64,000 bases of DNA from Alphaproteobacteria bacterium. Its GTDB lineage: Bacteria > Pseudomonadota > Alphaproteobacteria > SP197. The DNA is taken from positions 736,001 to 800,000 of the forward strand of contig OZ245842.1 of NCBI GenBank assembly GCA_965228895.1. The letters run 5' to 3'. How positions within the stretch are numbered: position 1 is the stretch's first letter; each line of letters opens with the position of its first letter. Made by a program: the position numbers and the translations under genes. Of the stretch, positions 36,587 through 45,868 are shown one piece after another. The notes beneath the pieces were generated by a model, which saw nothing but the letters and a program-made list of their open reading frames with translations, was not told the origin of the DNA and did no database searches.

Positions 36587-37056
36587 GCATGGCCTCCATC
36601 GGTAAGGACATCCAGCCCGATCGCCTGGGACCGCGCATTCATCAGATCGGCCAGCTCGGCCGGAAACGGCATCAGGCGAAACCGCAGCTCGCCGTTACAG
36701 ATCGCCTTGCCGTCGCTTCTGATGTTGGCGCGGGTAGAGGCATAGCCGGACCCCTCGATGTCAAACTCGGCCTCTGTCTCGAGCGTCGCGCCGGGCTCGA
36801 CGAAGGTCCGGAACCGCGCGCTGTCGACCGCCATCAGGAACGGCATCTTTGTGAACCCGTTGAGTGCCAGTACCAGATACCCCGATGCCTGCGCCATGGT
36901 TTCGGTCAGAAGCACGCCGGGAACAAGCGGATAGCCGGGAAAGTGCCCCTCGAACACCGGACTCTCCATCGGTACCGTGGATGTCGCCGCCAACGTCTTC
37001 GACCCCGCATCATAGGCCGTGACGCGATCGATCATGTCGAAATATTCGAGCCGCAT
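36583..37056 (-). CDS. fabZ: 3-hydroxyacyl-ACP dehydratase FabZXL
   Basis: MIDRV, FEGHFPGYPLVPGVLLTETMAQ. Confidence 0.9.
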   Translation of the reverse strand: MRLEYFDMIDRVTAYDAGSKTLAATSTVPMESPVFEGHFPGYPLVPGVLLTETMAQASGYLVLALNGFTKMPFLMAVDSARFRTFVEPGATLETEAEFDIEGSGYASTRANIRSDGKAICNGELRFRLMPFPAELADLMNARSQAIGLDVLTDGGHA

Positions 37057-37114
37057 GGCGCCTTTCGCTCTTCACCGCCCGGGCGGTGCAGCCCGCCAAG
37101 GGAAATCGGCGGCC

Positions 37115-37396
37115 TCAGGCCGGTTTTGCCGCAACGAACTCGTCGATATGACGGCACAGATTGCCGAGGACGAAGTACTCCTCGGCGGGGGTGTTCCCTT
37201 CGTTGACCTCCTCGGTCCACTGTTCAAGCGGCAGCTTGATGCCGAAGGCCTTATCAATGGCGAAGGCCACGTCGAGAAAATCGAGTGAATCAATTTCCAG
37301 GTCGTCGATCGCATGGCTGTCGGGCGTAATGTCCTCAAGCGGCAGATCGCAGGTCTCGGAAATGATTTGGGCAACGGTGTCGAACGTTGACGACAA
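37115..37396 (-). CDS. acpXL: Specialised acyl carrier protein AcpXL
   Basis: [41 protein letters not shown], the AcpXL signature; TTG start after GGAG. Confidence 0.93.
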   Translation of the reverse strand: MSSTFDTVAQIISETCDLPLEDITPDSHAIDDLEIDSLDFLDVAFAIDKAFGIKLPLEQWTEEVNEGNTPAEEYFVLGNLCRHIDEFVAAKPA

Positions 37397-37764
37397 GGCT
37401 GGGCTCCATCGTGCTCAAAGGAGGCGACCCGTAGAGCCGCACGCGCACTTAACCATGAGAATACAAAGGGTTTGTACACGCCCGCTCAGGCAGGATCAAT
37501 CGGCGATCACGCGCTTGTGGGTGGTGAAAGGAATGCCAGTCTTTTGAGGTAGTTAGGGCTAGACAGGGCGCGTCATGGGCAAATGGCCGAGCGGACGGGG
37601 TACCGGTGAATCAAACGCTCAATGACAACGTTCTGACTTGATCAGCGTTTGGGGCAAAGAACATTCACCTGTGCAACCTATGGGCGATTTTGAATATCTG
37701 CCTTGCGCCGTTGCTGCCCAGACCGTTTCCTGGCTCCGACAGGGCATAGGAGAGAAGGTGCGAC

Positions 37765-39390
37765 ATGGGCTTAACGACAAGACCGGCATCGTGCGGTTCA
37801 TTGGCAAGTCGGATCCTCACGAACGTCTACGAAAGCGCCAGCAACGACCAGGAGGTCGTGCAGGTCTGGGGCTACACTGACCGTCTGAGTTACCAGCCGG
37901 GTGACCGGCTTGGCCTGCATCTCAACACGTCCGCGTCCGAACTGAAGCTCGAGATCTTGCGTGACGGTGCAACACTGGTTCCCGTTCATGGCGCGACCGT
38001 TGAGGGCCGTTTCCACGAGACGCCGGACGATTGTTCCGTAAAGGGCTGTGATTGGCCGGTCGGTTATGACTTCGTGGTCCCCGATGACTGGCCGTCAGGT
38101 GGTTACCGCATTCGGATGACCGCCAGCGGCAGCGGCAAGACGGTGTCGAGCGACCATTGGTTCGCGTTGCGCGCCGGGCCGCAGCAGACCCAAGGCGACA
38201 TTCTGCAGATCGCGGCGACCAGCACCTGGCTTGCCTATAACGACTGGGGTGGCTCGAACCACTATGATGGCATTGTCGGTCCCAACGGTGACCAGTTCGC
38301 GACCGAGGTCAGTACCCAGCGGCCGTGGAGCAGGGGGTTCTGCTGGTTGCCCCAAGGCGCGCCGCGCACAACCCACCGCGCCCCGCCCGCGGTCAACACG
38401 GTGCCACGCTATCCGCACCTGGAGTGGGCCTATGCAAACGGCTACAGCAAGAAGTATGCGTCGGCCGGTTGGGCAAGTTATGACCGGCACTTCTGTGGCT
38501 GGGCCGAGCGTCAGGGGTTCACGGTCGACATGGCAACCCAGGCCGATCTGCACTATCGCCCGGAAATCCTCGACGGGTATGCCTGCGTCGTCATCGTCGG
38601 CCATGACGAATACTGGAGCTGGCGAATGCGCGATGCCATCGATGCCTATGTCGAGTCCGGCGGTCATTTCGTTCGGTTCGGCGGCAACTTCCTGTGGCAG
38701 GTCCGGCTCGAAGACGAAGGCCGCAGACAGGTTTGCTATAAGTACCGCGCGCGTGATGAGGATCCGATCCGCGAGACAGCCGACGCGCATCTATTGACCG
38801 GCGCGTGGGAAGATCCGTTGGTCGGCCGTCCCGGCGCAACGACGGTCGGCCTGAACGGGCTACGTGGCATCTACGCGCGTTTCGGCAACTGTGTGCCGCG
38901 CGGTCCCGGCGGTTTTGTCGTCTATCGTCCCGATCACTGGGCCTTCGATGACGCCGACGTCTATTACGGCGACGTGTTGGGCGGGGCGTCCCACGTTTTC
39001 GGCTATGAGGTCGACGGGCTCGATTACACCATGCGCGAAGGCTTGGTGTTTCCCACCGGCCTGGACGGCGCGCCGGACAGCGTCGAGGTGCTCGCGATGT
39101 CGCTCGCAACATGCGTCGAGGACGATCACGGCCATGAGGGATCGGTCTTCTATATCGGCGACATGGACGGTGTGTTCGCCGCCGACATCCTCCATGGCGG
39201 AACGTCGCCGGAGATGGTCGAGCGCACACGGCGTGGATCGGGTATGATTGCCACCATGACCAAGGGCAAAGGCGAGGTCTTCAACGCCGGCACCTGCGAA
39301 TGGGTCAACGGTCTGATCGAACGCGACCCCCAGGTCGAAGCGGTGACACGCAATGTTCTGTCTCGTGCTCTTGGTCAGCGTGCGCCATGA
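37765..39390 (+). CDS. N,N-dimethylformamidase large (beta) subunit family protein
   Basis: WGYTDRLSY, WPSGGY, TWLAYNDWGG, VGHDEYWS, GGNFLWQV, GYEVDG, VFNAGTCEW; AGGAGAGAAGG RBS. Confidence 0.85.
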   Translation: MGLTTRPASCGSLASRILTNVYESASNDQEVVQVWGYTDRLSYQPGDRLGLHLNTSASELKLEILRDGATLVPVHGATVEGRFHETPDDCSVKGCDWPVGYDFVVPDDWPSGGYRIRMTASGSGKTVSSDHWFALRAGPQQTQGDILQIAATSTWLAYNDWGGSNHYDGIVGPNGDQFATEVSTQRPWSRGFCWLPQGAPRTTHRAPPAVNTVPRYPHLEWAYANGYSKKYASAGWASYDRHFCGWAERQGFTVDMATQADLHYRPEILDGYACVVIVGHDEYWSWRMRDAIDAYVESGGHFVRFGGNFLWQVRLEDEGRRQVCYKYRARDEDPIRETADAHLLTGAWEDPLVGRPGATTVGLNGLRGIYARFGNCVPRGPGGFVVYRPDHWAFDDADVYYGDVLGGASHVFGYEVDGLDYTMREGLVFPTGLDGAPDSVEVLAMSLATCVEDDHGHEGSVFYIGDMDGVFAADILHGGTSPEMVERTRRGSGMIATMTKGKGEVFNAGTCEWVNGLIERDPQVEAVTRNVLSRALGQRAP

Positions 39391-39477
39391 CGGATTGAAT
39401 GTGGCCGAGAGGCCGCAGGACATGGCAGGCTACACTGGTCTTGGAGAGGCCGATTACGGAGGGTGACCTCAGGCAAC

Positions 39478-39924
39478 ATGGGCGCCCAACAAACACCGAT
39501 CGATGTGCCTCTGACAGGCGGCTGCCAGTGTGGGGCCATCCGCTATGCGATCGCCGCGCCGCCTGAGAGAGTGCATTTGTGCCACTGCACGAAGTGTCAA
39601 CGGGCCGTCGGCGGCCCGTTCGCAGCGCTTGCTCCGGTCAAGGCCGAGTCGTTGACTTGGACAAAGGGCAAACCTGCGGAGTTCAAGAGCTCCCATGTGG
39701 CGGCGCGCGGCTTTTGTTCGGCGTGCGGCACGCCGCTGTCGTTCCGTTATCTCAATAGCGATTGGATCGATGTGACGATCGGTAGTCTGGACGAACCTGC
39801 CGCCGTTCGGCCGACGCTCAACTATGGCGCCGAAAGTATGCTCCCTTGGTTCGGCGAGCTTCATGCGATGCCATGCCAAGAAACCGAGACCGGTGGTTTG
39901 ACCGGTAAGGAGAAGGTGCCCTGA
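39478..39924 (+). CDS. GFA family (glutathione-dependent formaldehyde-activating) Zn protein
   Basis: GGCQCGAIRY, CHCTKCQR, RGFCSACGTPL; start at 39463 or 39478 is uncertain. Confidence 0.9.
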   Translation: MGAQQTPIDVPLTGGCQCGAIRYAIAAPPERVHLCHCTKCQRAVGGPFAALAPVKAESLTWTKGKPAEFKSSHVAARGFCSACGTPLSFRYLNSDWIDVTIGSLDEPAAVRPTLNYGAESMLPWFGELHAMPCQETETGGLTGKEKVP

Positions 39925-39968
39925 AGAGCCGGCTCTCAGGCGGACACCGCGCTGGCCCGAAAGCGGCC

Positions 39969-41042
39969 ATGCTGGTCGTTCACGTTGTTCTCGCTTCCCT
40001 CCTGCTTTCGGATGCGCGCGCGGAACCTTACACCTGGGACTTGCCGGATTGGCTCGACCCGCCGCCGGTGCCGGCCGCCAACCCGATGTCCGCCGAAAAG
40101 GTCGAGCTTGGGCGCCGGCTCTTTTACGAACTCAATCTGGCCGGTCCAAGCTACATGTCGTGTGCGACATGCCATGATCCGCTGAAGGCGTTCACCGATG
40201 GCCGGCCGGTCGCCATCGGCGTGACCGGCCAGTTTCATCCGCGCTCTACCTTGGCGCTGCAGAACGTCGCCTATTTCACAGTTTTCACCTGGGCGGACCC
40301 GACAACCACGTCGCTGGAAGAACAGATGGTGACGCCGATGTTCGGCCGGCATCCCGAAGAGATGGCGATCAGCGGTTTCGAGGAACGCGTGTTGGACTTT
40401 CTCCAGAACGACCCGGTCTATCCGGGCCTGTTCGATGCGGCGTTCCCTGAAGCGCCGGAGCCCGTTGGCTTCGACTCGATCAGGATGGCCATTGCCGCTT
40501 TCGAGCGCACGCTTGTCTCCGCCGATGCACCGTATGACCGCTATCGCTATGCGAATGACGAGGCGGCCCTGTCAGAGGCGGCCCAGCGCGGCGAAAAGCT
40601 GTTCAACAGCGAGAGAATGGCATGCGGCACCTGCCATACCGGTGTCCATCTGACAGACGCAATACCGGAAGCAAAATTCCACAACACCGGCCTCTACAAT
40701 CTGGATGGGTCCGGCGCGTTGCCGGAGGGCAACCACGGGCTGATCGAACACACCGGCGTGGCTGAGGACATGGGCAAGTTTCGCACGCCGTCACTGCGCA
40801 ATGTCGCGTTGACAGCGCCTTACATGCACGATGGCTCATTGGCGACACTTGATGCGGTGATCGATCATTACGCGGCCGGCGGCGAAGCGGCGCGGACCGG
40901 CGAACGATCGCCGCTGGGGTCGCCCCTGGTGATGGGGTTTTCCATTACGTCTGAAGAAAAGGCCGATTTGATCGCCTTTCTGGAAAGCCTGACCGACCAT
41001 TCCTTCGTCAACAACACGGATCATCACAATCCATTCCGTTGA
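39969..41042 (+). CDS. Di-haem cytochrome c peroxidase/MauG superfamily enzyme, MbnH-like
   Basis: Signal peptide; PPVPAANPMSAEKVELGRRLFY, CATCH, CGTCH, FHNTGLYN, FRTPSLRNVALTAPYMHDGS. Confidence 0.88.
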   Translation: MLVVHVVLASLLLSDARAEPYTWDLPDWLDPPPVPAANPMSAEKVELGRRLFYELNLAGPSYMSCATCHDPLKAFTDGRPVAIGVTGQFHPRSTLALQNVAYFTVFTWADPTTTSLEEQMVTPMFGRHPEEMAISGFEERVLDFLQNDPVYPGLFDAAFPEAPEPVGFDSIRMAIAAFERTLVSADAPYDRYRYANDEAALSEAAQRGEKLFNSERMACGTCHTGVHLTDAIPEAKFHNTGLYNLDGSGALPEGNHGLIEHTGVAEDMGKFRTPSLRNVALTAPYMHDGSLATLDAVIDHYAAGGEAARTGERSPLGSPLVMGFSITSEEKADLIAFLESLTDHSFVNNTDHHNPFR

Positions 41043-41167
41043 GCTGGCGGCGGCTCCGGTCGCATGACCTTTGTTCAGACATTTATAGCAATGTACTGCG
41101 GACCCGGGTTGCACCAATGACCAGGATGACGTTGTCTTGCTGCCCGGTTGCCGGAGGATCGTTGAGA

Positions 41168-42382
41168 ATGACCAATCCCGTGAACTACAGCGCCGATGAC
41201 GCCGCGGCCTTTCATCGGCGCATGACCTTGCAGAATTGGTCGGACGATCCGGACATGATGTCTTATTCCTTCCTGCATATGCCGGAGTTTTTTCCGCACG
41301 CGATCGTCCACCGAAGTGGTCCTGTATCAACCCTTAACGATGCGTCGCGTACTGATATAGCGCGTTTTGAAGTTAAGAGCGCGCTGGGTGACATGCCGCT
41401 CGAAGACTATGTCAACACTGCGCCGGTCAATGGCGTGGTGATCGCACAGGGTGGTGACATAATATTCGAGCGTTACCCCGGCATGCGTTCGTTCGACAAA
41501 CATCTCTTGATGTCGGTGACCAAGATCATGGTCTCGGCGTTGGTGGCGATACTCGAAGATCGCGGCCTGGTCGATGTGCGACAGGGAATCGACCACTACC
41601 TGCCGGTGCTCAAAGGCTCGGCCTGGGAAGGCACCAGCGTGCTGGATGTGCTGGATATGGCGTCGGGCATCGACTGTCCGGAGGAGGGGGGCGAGGATGC
41701 CTATTCGAACCCCGAACAACCTTACTATCACTACGAAGCGAGCCTGGGCTGGCTGGCGCCGACCGAGCAAACCTGTGACACGCCCTATGCCTACATGCCG
41801 ACCCTGGGCCGCCGGATCGCGCCTGGACAAGCCTTTGAATACACCTCGGTCAACACCTTCGTTCTTAGCTGGCTTGTCGAACAGATTGCAGGTCGGCCGT
41901 TTAACGACATTCTGAGCGCTGAAATCTGGTCGAAGATTGGCGCTGAATCCGATGCGCTGATCTCGGTCTCCAGAAGCGCCAATGCGCCTGCGACCCATGG
42001 CGGGATGTCGGCGGTTTTGCGCGACGTGCTTCGCGTCGGTCTGCTCTTCACGCCGAGCGGACGGGCCGGGGTGTCGGATCCGGTTGTCAGCGACAGCGCC
42101 CTTGAGAAGATCCTGCACGGCGGACGGCCTGAGATCTTCATGCGCGGCTCGCTTGGGCCGGAGCTGACCAAGCAGCTCGGCGAACAGCCGCGCCACAACA
42201 CCTATCAGTGGGATTTCGTGATGGCCGATGGCGACTTTTTCAAAGGCGGCTATGGCGGTCAGGGACTTTTTGTCTCGCCCGAACGGGACATGGTGATCGC
42301 TTTCTTTGGCACGCCTGGAGCGGACAAAAAGGAAAATGAAATGACCGCCATTGCGCGGCAGCTCAGCGTCTCCGGCTTCTAG
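41168..42382 (+). CDS. Serine hydrolase (class C beta-lactamase / NylB-like)
   Basis: MSVTK (SxxK), LDMASG, FEYTSVNT, GYGGQ; probable ATG at 41168. Confidence 0.87.
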   Translation: MTNPVNYSADDAAAFHRRMTLQNWSDDPDMMSYSFLHMPEFFPHAIVHRSGPVSTLNDASRTDIARFEVKSALGDMPLEDYVNTAPVNGVVIAQGGDIIFERYPGMRSFDKHLLMSVTKIMVSALVAILEDRGLVDVRQGIDHYLPVLKGSAWEGTSVLDVLDMASGIDCPEEGGEDAYSNPEQPYYHYEASLGWLAPTEQTCDTPYAYMPTLGRRIAPGQAFEYTSVNTFVLSWLVEQIAGRPFNDILSAEIWSKIGAESDALISVSRSANAPATHGGMSAVLRDVLRVGLLFTPSGRAGVSDPVVSDSALEKILHGGRPEIFMRGSLGPELTKQLGEQPRHNTYQWDFVMADGDFFKGGYGGQGLFVSPERDMVIAFFGTPGADKKENEMTAIARQLSVSGF

Positions 42383-42496
42383 TCTAAGGCATGATGAAGA
42401 CTACGCGGCGGCCTTGTCGGGTCCGCCGCCAGTCAGGCGATTTCCATTGCAGGGCGGACGCTCTAACCTGTTGCCGAAACTGAGAGGGAGGGCAGG

Positions 42497-43471
42497 ATGC
42501 AGATCAACATGCAAGGCGGGCCAAGGCGGCAGAACCAGCCGTTTGTCGGCATTCCAACCTTTCTGCGATGTGACTACTGCGACGACATCGCGACATTGGA
42601 TGCCGATATCGCGGTGCTCGGCGTGCCGACTGACGAGGGTTCGCCCTTCATGGCGGGTTCCAGATTTGCACCACGATCGATCCGCGAGCATTCCCTGCGT
42701 TTCGATGCGGGCGGTTACTACGACGTCAACACGGACAAACACTATCTGACATGGGAACTGCAGAACCGGCGTATTGTCGATGTCGGCGATGTCGATGTCT
42801 TGCCGACCAATGTCGAGAAGACGTTCGACTTCATCACCTCCGATGTCCAGGCGATCCTCGATCGTGGCGCCGTGCCCGTTATCATCGGCGGCGATCACGC
42901 GATCACCTACCCGGTCGTACGCGCGTTCAGCGAGCCCATGCACGTCCTGCACTTCGACGCGCATATGGACTACGCGCCCTTTATCCATGACCTTCGTTTC
43001 ACCAACGGCCATGCGTTCCGCCACATCAAGCCGATGCCACATGTGTTGAGCCTGACGCAGATCGGCATCCGCAGCCTCAGAAGCTCTGCCGAGCAGTTTT
43101 CCGATGCCAAGGCTGACGGCAGCCGGATTGTCACCATGGGCGAGATCTACAAGCGCGGGCCCCAGGGGTTCGTCGAAACCCTGCCGAAGGGCGAGAAGGT
43201 CTACGTCTCGATCGATGTCGACGTGTTCGACATGCCGCTGATCCCCGGCTGCGTCTCCGCCGAACCCAACGGCATGACCTATGCGGAGCTGCGCGACATC
43301 CTGCGCGCCGTCGCCGCGCACATGCAGGTCGTCGGTTTCGACTTCGTTGAGGTCAATCCGCAGCTCGATGTCGGCACCGGTATCACGTCCTACCTGGGCG
43401 CACACACCATGCTGGAATTCCTCGGCGCTATCTGCGATCAGCCGGGCTGGGCCGCGCGGGTCGGGCGCTAG
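42497..43471 (+). CDS. Ureohydrolase (agmatinase/arginase family)
   Basis: GIPTFLR, GSRFAP, GGDHA, HFDAHMD, SIDVDVFD, VEVNPQLD. Confidence 0.9.
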   Translation: MQINMQGGPRRQNQPFVGIPTFLRCDYCDDIATLDADIAVLGVPTDEGSPFMAGSRFAPRSIREHSLRFDAGGYYDVNTDKHYLTWELQNRRIVDVGDVDVLPTNVEKTFDFITSDVQAILDRGAVPVIIGGDHAITYPVVRAFSEPMHVLHFDAHMDYAPFIHDLRFTNGHAFRHIKPMPHVLSLTQIGIRSLRSSAEQFSDAKADGSRIVTMGEIYKRGPQGFVETLPKGEKVYVSIDVDVFDMPLIPGCVSAEPNGMTYAELRDILRAVAAHMQVVGFDFVEVNPQLDVGTGITSYLGAHTMLEFLGAICDQPGWAARVGR

Positions 43472-43493
43472 GCGACAAACAGGTCAAAGCAGC

Positions 43494-45071
43494 GTGGCCT
43501 ATGACATTGTGATCGTCGGTGCTGGGACGGCGGGATGTGTTCTGGCGGCGCGGCTCAGTGAAGACGACGCCATCTCCGTCTGCCTTCTGGAGGCGGGCGG
43601 TCCGGCGCTCGATCCCCGGATTGCCGATCCCGCCCGGTGGCCGGCCCTGCAGAGCAGCGAAATCGACTGGCAGTTTGAGACCGAGCCTCAAGCCCACAGC
43701 GCCGACCGGCGCCATGCCTGGCCGCGCGGCCGGGTGATCGGCGGGTCCAGCGCGCTTCATGCCATGGCCCATGTGCGCGGCCACGCAAGCGACTTCGATG
43801 TGTGGGCGGCGGACGGCTGTGAAGGCTGGGGTTACGCCGATCTCATGCCCTATTTCATCCGCTCGGAGACGTCGGATCGTCCGGCTTCGCCCTATCACGG
43901 CACCAGCGGGCCGATCGGACTGATGACGCCAGATGAACCGCACCCGCTGACGACCTGTTACATGGCGGCGGGCGAGAGCCTTGGTCTTGCGCCGACCGAT
44001 GATCACAACGGTCCCCGCATGGTCGGCCCGACCCTCAACACGCTGAACATTGTTGATGGCAAGAGGCAAAGTGTCGCTGATGCCTATCTCACTCCCGTTC
44101 TCGATCGGCCGAACCTCGCCGTATGCACGATGTGTCTAGTCGACCGTGCCGTCTTCGATGGCGGCAGCCGCTGCACCGGCGTCGAGATCATCGAGGCTGG
44201 CGAGCGCCGCTTGATCGAGGCGGACAGAGCGGTTGTCTTGTGTGGCGGCGCGATCGGCTCACCGGTCATCTTGACGCGCTCAGGAATGGGTTCTGCATCG
44301 GAGTTGCGGTCACTCGGAATCGATGTGGTGGCAGACCTACCGGAAGTCGGCGAGAACTTGCACGACCACCTCTTGTCGGGCGGCAATCTCTATCGTGCCA
44401 AGCGAAGCGTGCCGCCGAGCCGCTACCAGCATTCCGAATCGCTGATGTACATCGACAGCAACGACAGTGGTGTGCCGGAGGTCGCGCTTGCCTGTGTCGT
44501 CCTGCCGGTGGTGACCGAGTGTTTCGAGGCGCCGGCTCCCGGCGAGGCCTACACCATCATGTCCGGCTTCACCCATCCGAAGAGCCGGGGGCGGCTAAGT
44601 GTTTTGTCGGCGGATCCACGCGTCGCGCCACGGATCGACCCCAACTATCTGGCCGAGCAGGCGGACCGCGACGCCTACCTGCACGCGCTGGAGATGGCCC
44701 GGGCGGTGGGTTCGGCGGTGCCGCTGAACGACTGGCGCGACAGCGAGCTTCTGCCTGATCCGTCCGTCCGCAGTCAGAACGATCGGCTGGCGTTCCTGGC
44801 GCGTGCCGCCTTCACCCACCATCACCCGGTCGGCACCTGTCGCATGGGCAGCGATGAGCGGGCGGTCGTCGGACCGGATCTGGCGGTGCGCGGTGTCGAC
44901 GGTCTCTACGTCGTCGACGCATCGGTCATACCGTCGATTACCGCCGGTCCTGTCAACGCCGCCATTGTGGCGATCGCGGAACGTGCGGGCGATCTGCTGC
45001 GCGGGTTGGCACCGCTGCCGCCATTCGATCCGCGTGACATCGAGGCCAAGGCGGAGCAAGGTCTGTCGTAA
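43494..45071 (+). CDS. GMC oxidoreductase, pyridoxine 4-oxidase-like
   Basis: GAGTAG, GGSSALHAM, DHLLSGGNLY, PPSRYQHSES, THHHPVGTCRMG, AGP; these match the motifs I recall for Mesorhizobium pyridoxine 4-oxidase. GTG start at 43494. Confidence 0.8.
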   Translation: MAYDIVIVGAGTAGCVLAARLSEDDAISVCLLEAGGPALDPRIADPARWPALQSSEIDWQFETEPQAHSADRRHAWPRGRVIGGSSALHAMAHVRGHASDFDVWAADGCEGWGYADLMPYFIRSETSDRPASPYHGTSGPIGLMTPDEPHPLTTCYMAAGESLGLAPTDDHNGPRMVGPTLNTLNIVDGKRQSVADAYLTPVLDRPNLAVCTMCLVDRAVFDGGSRCTGVEIIEAGERRLIEADRAVVLCGGAIGSPVILTRSGMGSASELRSLGIDVVADLPEVGENLHDHLLSGGNLYRAKRSVPPSRYQHSESLMYIDSNDSGVPEVALACVVLPVVTECFEAPAPGEAYTIMSGFTHPKSRGRLSVLSADPRVAPRIDPNYLAEQADRDAYLHALEMARAVGSAVPLNDWRDSELLPDPSVRSQNDRLAFLARAAFTHHHPVGTCRMGSDERAVVGPDLAVRGVDGLYVVDASVIPSITAGPVNAAIVAIAERAGDLLRGLAPLPPFDPRDIEAKAEQGLS

Positions 45072-45099
45072 CGTTTCTTCAAGATGGTGGAACAAGGCC

Positions 45100-45828
45100 A
45101 TGCAGAACAGCCGTGAGCTAGAGGTACGCCGCGATCTCGCCGCCGCCCATCGCCTGGCGGTTCGCGACGGTTTGAACGAAGGCACCTGGAACCACCTCAG
45201 CGTCATGTCGCCGGACGATCCCGGGATCATGCTGATCTCCCCGGGCTACACCCACTGGTCCCAAGTCACGGCCAGCAACCTGGCCGCTGTCGGGCCGGAC
45301 GGCGAACCGGTGTCGGGCGAAAGCCGGCCGACGGTCGCGGGCTGGATCATTCACTACCCGGCTCACCAGGCTTTGCCCGAGGCCAAATGCCTGATGCATG
45401 TGCATTCGCCCTATGTCACCGCCTTGTCGATGAAGAAGGACGTGCGTCTCGACACCTGCTCGTCGCAGCAGGCGGCTCAGTTTCACGACGATGTCGCGTA
45501 TTTCGAGGTCTATGACGGTCTGTTGAACTCCGAGGACGAAGGCCGGCGCATGGCCGATGCCATGGGTGACAAGCGCGTCCTGATGATGCGCAATCACGGC
45601 GCCATGGTCGCTGGCCGTGATGTCGCCAACACCTATGTCGACCTCTATCAGCTCGAACGCGCCTGCATGTATCAGGTTCTCGCGATGAACGGCGGCGGCG
45701 ACCTCGCGCAGATCCCGGATGACATCGCCAAAGCGATGGCGACCCAGGCACGTGACGGCCATAGCGAGCGGCACTTTGGTGCCATGCGCCGCCTGATCGA
45801 CGCGAAGGAACCGGACTACATCAATTGA
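45100..45828 (+). CDS. Class II aldolase/adducin family protein
   Basis: RDLAAAHR, EGTWNHLS, IHYPAH, MHVHSP, MRNHG. Confidence 0.9.
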   Translation: MQNSRELEVRRDLAAAHRLAVRDGLNEGTWNHLSVMSPDDPGIMLISPGYTHWSQVTASNLAAVGPDGEPVSGESRPTVAGWIIHYPAHQALPEAKCLMHVHSPYVTALSMKKDVRLDTCSSQQAAQFHDDVAYFEVYDGLLNSEDEGRRMADAMGDKRVLMMRNHGAMVAGRDVANTYVDLYQLERACMYQVLAMNGGGDLAQIPDDIAKAMATQARDGHSERHFGAMRRLIDAKEPDYIN

Positions 45829-45868
45829 TCAGAACCCGTGCGCGCGACGACGGGGAGGGGGTAGCACC

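Noticed and set aside
33397-37396. Type II PKS or aryl-polyene biosynthetic cluster
   Set aside because: The ACP has the AcpXL signature and the cluster ends in a lipid A acyltransferase.
37638-37880. 80-aa ORF as a DMFase small subunit
   Set aside because: It overlaps the large-subunit-like gene out of frame, has no motif and no RBS.
41168-42382. Beta-lactam resistance gene
   Set aside because: No signal peptide; the motifs fit NylB/esterase-type serine hydrolases.
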